From Candidatus Krumholzibacteriota bacterium (GTDB lineage Bacteria > Krumholzibacteriota > Krumholzibacteriia > LZORAL124-64-63), in assembly GCA_039714075.1 (NCBI GenBank), contig JBDLKA010000088.1, positions 1 to 13,988 of the forward strand: a stretch of DNA of 13,988 bases, in the 5' to 3' direction. Position numbers and translations under genes: made by a program. Under the pieces are notes generated by a model. That model did not search any database, was not told where the DNA came from, and saw nothing but the letters and a program-made list of their open reading frames with translations. Shown one piece after another: positions 6,451 through 13,988 of this stretch; the stretch's first letter is position 1; each line of letters opens with the position of its first letter.

Positions 6451-7824
6451 TCAGGCGCGGATCTTATGGTAAAGGAATCGCGATCCAGCCTTGATCACCC
6501 TCATGTTGACCGGTGAATGCCGGATCAGATTAAAAATGACCCGGGGATCGGAATAAAATCGCCGGTTTACCAATTTGGACCTCTGCCACAGCGATTCATA
6601 GTCTTTCATCCAGGGTAATTTGATATAGGGAGGAGGCCCGTCGATGGTCCAGTCACCGACCAGGGTTCCGTCAACCTTGCCGGCCGTGTAGACCTGGGTT
6701 TTGGGCCAGGGCATCATGACGGCCATCAGCATTGAAGTGGGGCGGGATTTCACGAGGAATTCTTCGGTTTCCCGGATCGACTCCTCGTCTTCACCGGGAA
6801 AGCCCAGCAGGATGTCGGCATGGCATTTGAGGCCGGCTTTCTTGGTCATGCGGACCACGTCCCGGTTGCGCTGCAGGGAGGTCTTCTTGTTCATGGCCTT
6901 CAGGATACGGTCGGAACCGGACTCGAATCCGTACACCACGGTCTCGACGCCCGCCTTCCGCATTTCCGCCAGCATCTCTTCATCGATGGTGTCGACCCGG
7001 CTGCGGACCTTTAAACTGAACTTGAATCCAGCCTCGCGGATGCCGCGGCAGATCTTGATGCATCTTTTCTTGTTGGCCGTGAACAGGTCATCTTCGATAT
7101 CGATATTGGAGTGGCCCAACGAAGCCAGGTATTCCAGTTCCTGGAGAACATTTTCCGCACTGCGGGGTCGATAGCCTTTTTCGGTCTTGAAACAGAAATT
7201 GCAGTTGAAGGGGCAGCCCCGCCCGGTCAGGATCAGGTCCGTGGGACCGCTGCGGTCCAGCCTCCAGTAGATTCCGTCTTCGAAATTTTTCTTCACGAAT
7301 TTGCGGTCGGGGATCGGCAAAGCATCCAGGTCCTTGGGTGGATCGATGCGCGGGATACTGACGATACCGCCGTTTTTTCGGTAGAAAAGGCCGGGTGCCT
7401 TGGGCTCGGCGGCGTTTCCCTCGAGTTCCTTGACGAACATGCCGAGGGTGATGTCGGCTTCACCCTGCAGGACGAAGTCGGCTTCCGGATACCATTCCAG
7501 GGTCTCTTCGGGCATCGCGGAAATATGGGGGCCGCCCATGATGATGGGCGTCCTGGGCAACTTTTCCCGCAAGGCCCCGCAGAACTGGCGCACAGCCTTG
7601 AATATGGAAACGATGGTGAACATGGGCATGCCGATCAGGTCCGGGGAATAATCGGCGATTTCGGCGATGAAACGGGAGGGGTCCCGTGGATACCGGTCCC
7701 GGTCGAAAACCGCGACTTCGTGACCGTCGAGTTCCAGATTCGTGGCCAGATAGAGAAGAGCCAAAGGAGGGTTGCAACTGTGGGCACCGCCCTTGAGTAA
7801 CGGATAGACAAGAGCTACGCGCAT
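6451..7824 (-). CDS. Cobalamin-binding domain radical SAM protein (class B methyltransferase-like)
   Basis: N-terminal B12-binding domain (PPLALLYLA, IIMGGPHIS, GEAD), CxxxCxxC in RGCPFNCNFC, RS.ENV..E, GFESGS..IL..M.K, LGFPGE; GGAG RBS before the ATG. Confidence 0.9.
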   Translation of the reverse strand: MRVALVYPLLKGGAHSCNPPLALLYLATNLELDGHEVAVFDRDRYPRDPSRFIAEIADYSPDLIGMPMFTIVSIFKAVRQFCGALREKLPRTPIIMGGPHISAMPEETLEWYPEADFVLQGEADITLGMFVKELEGNAAEPKAPGLFYRKNGGIVSIPRIDPPKDLDALPIPDRKFVKKNFEDGIYWRLDRSGPTDLILTGRGCPFNCNFCFKTEKGYRPRSAENVLQELEYLASLGHSNIDIEDDLFTANKKRCIKICRGIREAGFKFSLKVRSRVDTIDEEMLAEMRKAGVETVVYGFESGSDRILKAMNKKTSLQRNRDVVRMTKKAGLKCHADILLGFPGEDEESIRETEEFLVKSRPTSMLMAVMMPWPKTQVYTAGKVDGTLVGDWTIDGPPPYIKLPWMKDYESLWQRSKLVNRRFYSDPRVIFNLIRHSPVNMRVIKAGSRFLYHKIRA

Positions 7825-8065
7825 GGATTCTCCAATCAGGATATATGCTTGAGAGTATTTTTAAAAATGATAACACAAAATCGCTAATGATTGTAAAATA
7901 TTCATTTGCTAGCCCTTTCAGCAGTCCATGGTCGTCAAAACGCCCAGGGGACCTCTTCAAACATTGACGCTGGTATCCGGACGAACCTAATTAGGTGGGA
8001 TCGCCTTGGAGCCGCCGCACTTGCGGATCCTTGTATTGTCCGCAGACTCGCCAAGGAGCCCGGAA

Positions 8066-9154
8066 ATGAAAGTCAACTTCGTCGACCTCAAAGCCCAGTA
8101 CCAGACCATCAAGCCGGAAGTGGATCAGGCCATCGCCGGAGTGGTCGAAAGCTGCGCCTTCGTCAATTCCCGGTCTTTCGAAGCCGACTTCTCCGCCTAC
8201 ATCGGCACCGAGCACTGCATCGGCTGCGGCAACGGCACCGACGCCCTGTTCATGGCCATGCAAAGCCTGGGTCTGGGCCCGGGGGACGAGGTCATCACCG
8301 CCGCGAACACCTTCATCGCCACGGCCGAGGGCATCGGCTGGACGGGTGCCACGCCGGTGTTCGTCGACTGCGACCCGGTGACCTACAACATCGACCCGAC
8401 CAAGATCGAAGCGGCCATCACCGACAAGACCAAGGCCATCATTCCGGTTCACCTTTACGGACAGCCGGCGGACATGGATCCCATCCTGGAGATTGCCCGG
8501 AAGCACAACCTGTTTGTGGTCGAGGATTCCGCCCAGGCCCACGGCGCGACCTACAAGGGCAAGAAGATCGGCAACTTCGGCAAGGCCGCCTGTTTCAGCT
8601 TCTACCCGGGCAAGAACCTGGGCGCCTACGGGGACGCCGGCGCCGTCGTCACCGACGACGAGGAGCTGACCACCCGGATCCGCAAGCTCAGCGACCACGG
8701 CAGCAACGTGAAATACCAGCACGATTTCGAGGGCGTCAACAGCCGTATGGACGGGATCCAGGGTGCCGTGCTGTCTGTAAAGCTGCGGCACCTGGACAAG
8801 TGGACCGACCGGCGGATCGAAGTCGCCGCCCGGTACACCGAGGGCCTGAAGGATGTCTGCGTCACCCCGGTGATCATGGACAACGTCCGCCATGTGTTCC
8901 ACCTGTACGTGATCCAGGTGAACAACCGCGAGGAACTCATGAATCACCTGCAGGAGCAGGATATCGCCAGCGGCATCCACTATCCGGTTCCCCTGCCGGC
9001 GACCCCGGCCTATGCCGGGCTGGGTTACAAATCGGACCAGTTCCCGGTTGCCTACGGTATGGCGGACAAAATTGTCAGCCTGCCCATGCATGGCGATCTG
9101 ACGGACGAGGATGTCGATCTGGTCATCGCGGAAGTCAAAAAAGTGGCAAAATAG
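8066..9154 (+). CDS. DegT/DnrJ/EryC1/StrS-family PLP-dependent nucleotide-sugar aminotransferase
   Basis: Start [12 protein letters not shown] at ATG 8066 after AAGGAG (8053-8058); [25 protein letters not shown]-lysine motif [32 protein letters not shown]. Confidence 0.95.
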   Translation: MKVNFVDLKAQYQTIKPEVDQAIAGVVESCAFVNSRSFEADFSAYIGTEHCIGCGNGTDALFMAMQSLGLGPGDEVITAANTFIATAEGIGWTGATPVFVDCDPVTYNIDPTKIEAAITDKTKAIIPVHLYGQPADMDPILEIARKHNLFVVEDSAQAHGATYKGKKIGNFGKAACFSFYPGKNLGAYGDAGAVVTDDEELTTRIRKLSDHGSNVKYQHDFEGVNSRMDGIQGAVLSVKLRHLDKWTDRRIEVAARYTEGLKDVCVTPVIMDNVRHVFHLYVIQVNNREELMNHLQEQDIASGIHYPVPLPATPAYAGLGYKSDQFPVAYGMADKIVSLPMHGDLTDEDVDLVIAEVKKVAK

Positions 9155-9275
9155 CTCGGAATCTGCTATAATTGCCACCTGCAAGCGAAAGTCGGGGTCA
9201 GGTCCAACCAGATCCCGGCTGCTTTATACTGGCGAAACGAGCTGCAAGTCAGAGGGATAATCAGGTTTAGAATGA

Positions 9276-9303
9276 TTGACATTACTGAAAACAAAACTAA
9301 TTT
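9276..9303 (+). promoter_or_regulatory. Candidate sigma70 promoter for the polysaccharide export operon
   Basis: Consensus TTGACA (9276-9281), 16-nt AT-rich spacer, TAATTT (9298-9303), within a 343-bp intergenic region. Confidence 0.4.
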
Positions 9304-9497
9304 GATTTATGCTCGCCCTACCGCCAGGTCTTTGTGGGGGTCTATCCGGCATAATTGGTAAAGAGAATACGGTTGCGAACGATATAACCATCGGGATCGG
9401 TGTTATTTGTGTATCCGGTCCAAGCGATGTCGAAGTAGTTCGGACCAATTGCCGGAAATCGGGAATTGACCCCGAGATACATTGATGGAGTTGTGGC

Positions 9498-10214
9498 GTG
9501 TCCAAGATATTCGATGCCTACCGGAAAAAAGTCGGCGGTTTGTCCGACCTGTCCCTGGAAATAGGGAAGGCCGGGTCCATATCCCTGTACCCATCCCCGA
9601 CCGGTAGCCAGAAAGATGATTTCAACAAACTGGCAAACCGGTTGCTCGGCCTGCGCCTGGAAAACAGGGGTACGATTCTGACCTTCGGGTCCTCGGCCAC
9701 TGGTGAGGGCGCGAGCTTCGTTTCCTACAACACCGCCATGTATCTTGCGTCGGTCTACCACCAGAAAGTGGTCTGGATCGACGCCAACTTCATGGCGCCC
9801 CAGACCAAGCTTCTCGGCCAGGACCGCAATACATTCAGTTTCCTGTTGCAGAACCCGGACAAGGTGGACGACCTGGTCGCCTCGGACAATCCCCTGCTGA
9901 TCGCCGGCGGCGGTAACCTGCAGGACGCCCGCGGCCTGCTGGCGGACCGGAAGTTCGGCCAACTGCTGAGCAACCTGGCCCACCGGTTCGACTTCGTCAT
10001 CCTGGATTTGCCTCCTGTCCTGAATTCGACCGACACGGCCCTGATGGCCGCCGGTTCCGACGGATTCCTGCTTGTCATCGAGCAGAAGTTCCTCAAGGTG
10101 GAAGTGATCGAGCACGGAATTCAGGGGTTGCGGGACAAGGGGGTCCACATGTTGGGCACCGTCATCAACCGCAGGACCTTTGACTTGCCGAAGGTCATCT
10201 ATGACCGGATCTAG
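9498..10214 (+). CDS. Stand-alone CpsD/CapB (Wzc C-terminal) BY-kinase homologue with degenerate Walker A
   Basis: GTG start after GGAG; MSKIFDA N-terminus, SS..GEGASFVS.N.A, VVWIDAN, Walker B FDFVILDLPPV, DGFLLVI, LGTVIN; lies next to wza and co-polymerase genes. Confidence 0.85.
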   Translation: MSKIFDAYRKKVGGLSDLSLEIGKAGSISLYPSPTGSQKDDFNKLANRLLGLRLENRGTILTFGSSATGEGASFVSYNTAMYLASVYHQKVVWIDANFMAPQTKLLGQDRNTFSFLLQNPDKVDDLVASDNPLLIAGGGNLQDARGLLADRKFGQLLSNLAHRFDFVILDLPPVLNSTDTALMAAGSDGFLLVIEQKFLKVEVIEHGIQGLRDKGVHMLGTVINRRTFDLPKVIYDRI

Positions 10215-10221
10215 GGTGGAA

Positions 10222-10989
10222 ATGATGAAGCGCGGAAATATCAGGTCCATTTCCTTGTTGATTCTCGGCACGGCCCTGTTGGCGGTGTTGGGGGGCTGTG
10301 GCGGGTCATCCACGGTGGCCCGGTCCAATTTCGTCGAGTTTACTCCCGAGCAGAAACAGGAGATCGAAGCCAAGGCCAGCAATGAATATCGGATCCAGGA
10401 AGGGGACCAATTGCGGGTGGCCTTTTCCTACGAAAAGGATTTGAGCCAGGATGGCGTGGTGGTTCTGAATGACGGATCCATCACCTTGATGGGTGTGGAC
10501 CGCCTGGAAGTGGCGGGTCGGACGATAACAGAAACCGATTCACTGGTGACCGCCGCCTACGCAAAAGATTACGTGGAGCCGAATCTCTCCATCATCGTCC
10601 AGGAGACCCAGGGACGCCGGATCTATGTGCTGGGTGAGGTCATGAGTCCCGGGATACACACACTGCCCTCAGGCGGGATCGACATGCTGGGCGCCGTCAG
10701 TGTCGCGGGAGGATTCACCGATGATGCGGCCAGGTCGGGCGCCGTGCTGGTCAGGGTGACGAATGAGGGATACCTGGTGCAGGAAATCGACCTGAGCGAT
10801 TTTGTATCTTTGGCCTCTGCCGGTCTGGCCACGGTTCAAATCCAGCCATTTGATGTTGTTTACGTTCCACGGTCTCGGATCGGCGATTTCGCCTATTTCA
10901 CCGAGAAGGTCATTACGGGAATCGCCCAGATCACCAGGATCGCAGTCGATCTCAAGTACCTGACCGGCGGCGGCGTGGGGAGGTTCTGA
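10222..10989 (+). CDS. Polysaccharide biosynthesis/export lipoprotein (Wza/OPX family, with SLBB domain)
   Basis: Start at ATG 10222 or 10225; lipoprotein signal LLAVLGG-C; YRIQEGDQL.V, DGSITL..V....VAG.T, IYVLGEV..PG, AGGFT..A, QPFDVVYVP. Confidence 0.9.
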   Translation: MMKRGNIRSISLLILGTALLAVLGGCGGSSTVARSNFVEFTPEQKQEIEAKASNEYRIQEGDQLRVAFSYEKDLSQDGVVVLNDGSITLMGVDRLEVAGRTITETDSLVTAAYAKDYVEPNLSIIVQETQGRRIYVLGEVMSPGIHTLPSGGIDMLGAVSVAGGFTDDAARSGAVLVRVTNEGYLVQEIDLSDFVSLASAGLATVQIQPFDVVYVPRSRIGDFAYFTEKVITGIAQITRIAVDLKYLTGGGVGRF

Positions 10990-10994
10990 TAGTC

Positions 10995-12410
10995 ATGCTG
11001 GGAATCGCACCGGACACAAATGTACCAGCCAAGGTGGGCGGTACGACCCTCTCCCTGCGCGACATCGTCTTCATGCTCTTCCGGCGGCGCTGGGTGGTGT
11101 TGGCGATCTCCCTCCCCATCATCATTATCGGCGGGATGAGCCTGTTCCAGCAGACCGGTTCCTATACCGCGGCCTGCCGCGTCCTGGTGGAATTGACCAG
11201 GGTGGATCTTCCCCGCTGGAATACCGCGGGCCGGAATATCGATTACGACCGGGAACTCAGCACGATGTTCAACATCGCCATGAGTCTGCCCGTGGCCGAC
11301 ATGGCCGCCTCCTCCCTGGAAGATTCGCTGCAAGTGTTCAAGGAGCTTCTGCCCAACCGGGTGGACATCGACCAACCCGGAGTTTTGCGGGAATTTCTCC
11401 TGGAAAAACTGGACGTTTCGGCCGTCGGTGAATCGAACATCCTGGAATTCCGTTTCAGTTCGGCACAGCCCCAGGTTTCCCTGATGGCCGTCGGCGCCAT
11501 GAGGGATGCCTTTGTTGACTACCAGGTCCATGGCCGGCGGAATTTCAATGCCATCGACTATTATAGCGAACAGCTGCAAAGCGTGCAGAGCCAGATCGAC
11601 TCGCTCTTGAATGTTCGCAGCCAGATCCTTTCCGAAACAGGGTACTCCGCCATCAAAATCCAGATGCGCAACGAGGTCGGGCAGATGGCCGATCTCGAGG
11701 GCAAGCTCTTGGAGGCGACGGCCAACCGCAAGGCCCTGGAGCTCGAACACAAGATGCTGAAGAACTATCTTGATGGTGATCCCCTGGCCTTTCCTATCGG
11801 TCTTGACGAAAGCAAAAGCTTTACTCTTGTCCACTGGCGCAACCAGGTCAGCAAGCACCAGGATACCCTGAACAGTATTCTCTCGGTCCACACCAAAGAC
11901 AGCATTCCAGCCCGTCGCCAGCTCAGCATCGTCGAGAGTTCCCTGGACAGACTCCGGCAGGAGGAAATCGCCTACGTTGAAAGCATCAGGCTTCAACTCC
12001 TGTCCACCCAGGGCCGGGAACAGACGCTAAGGGAACAGGTCGAAGACCTGCGCCGGGCAAATGCACGGGCTCCGGAGGCGGAATCCAGGATTTCATTCGT
12101 GGATGTTGAATTGGAATCCCTGAGGGGGTTGATGAAGAATATCCAAAGGAAATTGGGTGAAGTCCGGCTCAGTCAGTTGGCCGACGAAAGGGTCAGCCCG
12201 GTCACTTCACTGACTTATCCGGAGCTGGTTCTTTCCCTGTCCGGTGGGAAAACCGTGGTCTACTTCGCCATGATCGCGGTTTTTGCCCTCGCCCTGGGGA
12301 TTGTCGTGGCTCTCATCATGGAAAGTATGGACCACCGCGTCTATCATCCGAAAGATGTGGAAGAAAACCTCAAATTACCGGTATTTGCCAGTGTAACCAG
12401 GACGGATTGA
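10995..12410 (+). CDS. Polysaccharide co-polymerase / chain-length determinant (Wzz/GumC, Wzc N-terminal-like)
   Basis: SLRDI..MLFRRRW followed by TM1, long coiled-coil periplasmic region, TM2, then ESMDHRV..P.DVE..L.LPVFASV; no fused kinase domain. Confidence 0.9.
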   Translation: MLGIAPDTNVPAKVGGTTLSLRDIVFMLFRRRWVVLAISLPIIIIGGMSLFQQTGSYTAACRVLVELTRVDLPRWNTAGRNIDYDRELSTMFNIAMSLPVADMAASSLEDSLQVFKELLPNRVDIDQPGVLREFLLEKLDVSAVGESNILEFRFSSAQPQVSLMAVGAMRDAFVDYQVHGRRNFNAIDYYSEQLQSVQSQIDSLLNVRSQILSETGYSAIKIQMRNEVGQMADLEGKLLEATANRKALELEHKMLKNYLDGDPLAFPIGLDESKSFTLVHWRNQVSKHQDTLNSILSVHTKDSIPARRQLSIVESSLDRLRQEEIAYVESIRLQLLSTQGREQTLREQVEDLRRANARAPEAESRISFVDVELESLRGLMKNIQRKLGEVRLSQLADERVSPVTSLTYPELVLSLSGGKTVVYFAMIAVFALALGIVVALIMESMDHRVYHPKDVEENLKLPVFASVTRTD

Positions 12411-12411
12411 T

Positions 12412-13968
12412 TTGAATGTCTGGAAGGAGTTGGGAGCTCTTCCCGGAACCCTGAAGGACCCCCGTCAGGTTTCCCGCCTGAACTCCGTTCTGGTTTACGT
12501 CCTCCTGATCGTGGGTTCCCTGTTCACCAGCTACCTCATCATGGAAAGAACGGGCTCGCATTTGTTCCTGATGGCGCTCCTCGGGATCTTCTTCGGGACC
12601 TTATACACCGTCATATCATTCGGTAACCTGATGGTTCCCTATCTTTTATTCATGTTGATCGTTGGTGGGTTCAAATATCTGTGGTCGATACGGGCTCCGA
12701 TGTTGCCGGATCTCTATCTGGACCGGATGGCCCTGGTCTGGCTGGCGGTGGTCTTCTTCGTAAAGTTCTTCGCCGAGAAACGCAGGTTGCGAGGTCCTTA
12801 CCTGCTTGATGTTCTGATGTTCACCTTGGCCCTGTACATCCTCATCGACATTTTCATCCACGGAATGTTTCCCTTCAATTCCTGGACAATGAGTTACGTG
12901 GTGCCTTTCTCGGCGTTTTTCTTCGCCAAGAACCTGGTCACCACCAAAGCCCGGATCCATCGTCTGCTATTGCTTCTCTTGGGCTTGACAATTTATTACA
13001 GTATTACTTCCATAGCGGAAAAGATGGGCTTTCAGTGGCTGATCTGGCCCAAGTACATCACGGCAATCGCGCAATTCGAGGGTCGATCCAACGGCCCCTT
13101 CGGGCACGCACCACTGTTCGGCACGGTCCTGGGTATGCTGCTTCCGGTCCATTTCTATTTCATCACCATTTCCAAGGTTCGGCTGGTAAAATGGCTGTTG
13201 TCGTTGAGCCTGTTGATGGCGTTCGCGGGCCTGTATTTCACTTATACACGGGGGGCCTGGCTGGCCGGTATCATGGCCCTGATTGCGGCTGTCCTGCTCA
13301 ATCCCCGGCATTTCCTGAAAATCATGATGCCGGCCCTCGTGGTGGCTCCCATTCTGGCCATAGGTTTTCTCGGCATCGGCCAGGACAAGTTCATGAAGGA
13401 AAGGGTGGAGAACGAGGATACCATCGGGTCCCGATTGGGGACTTTGGTAACGGCGTTGAAGGTGTGGCGTGACCACCCGATATTCGGAGTAGGGTTCTAT
13501 AACTACCGATTGGAGTTGGATGACTATATCGAACCAGTTGAGCTACCCATTATCGGTACGATTCAGGTAGCCCACTTTCGCCACAATCCACCTCATGACA
13601 TCTACATTGGTTTTCTTTCGGAAACAGGATTAGTGGGGGTTTTTCTACAGGGATCCATATATTTCCTGATTCTCAGAACATTCATTGCCAAGTTCAAATG
13701 GCGAAAAAAGGGAAGCTATTTCGCCATTTATATAATGCCGATATTTGGTGGGATTTTTGTGGGATACATTGTCGGTGGCCTGGCGATCGACTATAAATTC
13801 TTTTCGATCGTCGGGGCACTTTTCTATTCCTGTGCGGGAATCATGTACGGGTACCAACACGAGGAATCCGAGGCATCCGATGTTGTTTTGCGGGGAAATC
13901 CGGGTGACAATGCCTTGAATCATTCCCTTCCCGGCATGTTGAGACAACCAACCAGTCAGGCGGACTAG
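12412..13968 (+). CDS. O-antigen ligase / Wzy polymerase-like polytopic membrane protein
   Basis: Many hydrophobic segments; R..GPF.H, TYTRGAW, R.........W.DHPIFGVG, PHDIYIG.LSETGLVG. TTG start 1 nt after the upstream stop; the exact start is uncertain. Confidence 0.85.
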   Translation: MNVWKELGALPGTLKDPRQVSRLNSVLVYVLLIVGSLFTSYLIMERTGSHLFLMALLGIFFGTLYTVISFGNLMVPYLLFMLIVGGFKYLWSIRAPMLPDLYLDRMALVWLAVVFFVKFFAEKRRLRGPYLLDVLMFTLALYILIDIFIHGMFPFNSWTMSYVVPFSAFFFAKNLVTTKARIHRLLLLLLGLTIYYSITSIAEKMGFQWLIWPKYITAIAQFEGRSNGPFGHAPLFGTVLGMLLPVHFYFITISKVRLVKWLLSLSLLMAFAGLYFTYTRGAWLAGIMALIAAVLLNPRHFLKIMMPALVVAPILAIGFLGIGQDKFMKERVENEDTIGSRLGTLVTALKVWRDHPIFGVGFYNYRLELDDYIEPVELPIIGTIQVAHFRHNPPHDIYIGFLSETGLVGVFLQGSIYFLILRTFIAKFKWRKKGSYFAIYIMPIFGGIFVGYIVGGLAIDYKFFSIVGALFYSCAGIMYGYQHEESEASDVVLRGNPGDNALNHSLPGMLRQPTSQAD

Positions 13969-13972
13969 GCCC

Positions 13973-13988
13973 ATGTACCTCGAACATT
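13973..13988 (+). CDS. 5' end of a probable ExeA/GspA-like AAA ATPase (MYLEH...)
   Basis: ATG TAC CTC GAA CAT T begins 4 nt after the ligase stop and matches the typical ExeA-family start MYxxHFGL..PF. Only 5 codons are visible. Confidence 0.45.

Noticed and set aside
9230..9246. TGGC...TGCA sigma54-like promoter
   Set aside because: The GG-to-GC spacing is 11 nt rather than the strictly required 10.
9318..9325. ops-like GGCGGTAG in front of the polysaccharide operon
   Set aside because: It is on the minus strand, whereas ops must be on the non-template strand of this plus-strand operon. The downstream TG is also missing.
7906..11996. ORFs 7906-9171 (+), 7991-9184 (-), 9342-10382 (-), 10893-11996 (-)
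   Set aside because: Frame or antisense shadows of the aminotransferase, kinase homologue and co-polymerase genes.

Overview
GC-rich bacterial window with two parts. The minus-strand block (1-7824) holds a B12-binding radical SAM enzyme, a secreted two-domain protein ending in a conspicuous C-terminal tag (VPAEKTSFGSLRALYR), an intact archaeal/plant-type DNA topoisomerase VI pair (top6B-top6A) tightly followed by a YmaB-like NUDIX gene, and an LDH-like malate dehydrogenase with a strong terminator. Another gene starts at the left edge. The plus-strand block (8066-13988) is a surface polysaccharide locus: DegT-family aminotransferase, stand-alone BY-kinase homologue, Wza-like export lipoprotein, co-polymerase, O-antigen ligase/Wzy-like protein and the first codons of a probable ExeA-like ATPase. 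The most notable points are: a bacterial Topo VI whose A subunit has a histone-H1-like tail containing a candidate beta-clamp motif (QAELSF); a 5-residue insertion in the MDH specificity loop, the same length as in apicomplexan LDH; a probable pseudokinase in the polysaccharide export system; and a candidate C-terminal protein-sorting signal. All calls come from reading motifs by eye; no database searches were run.
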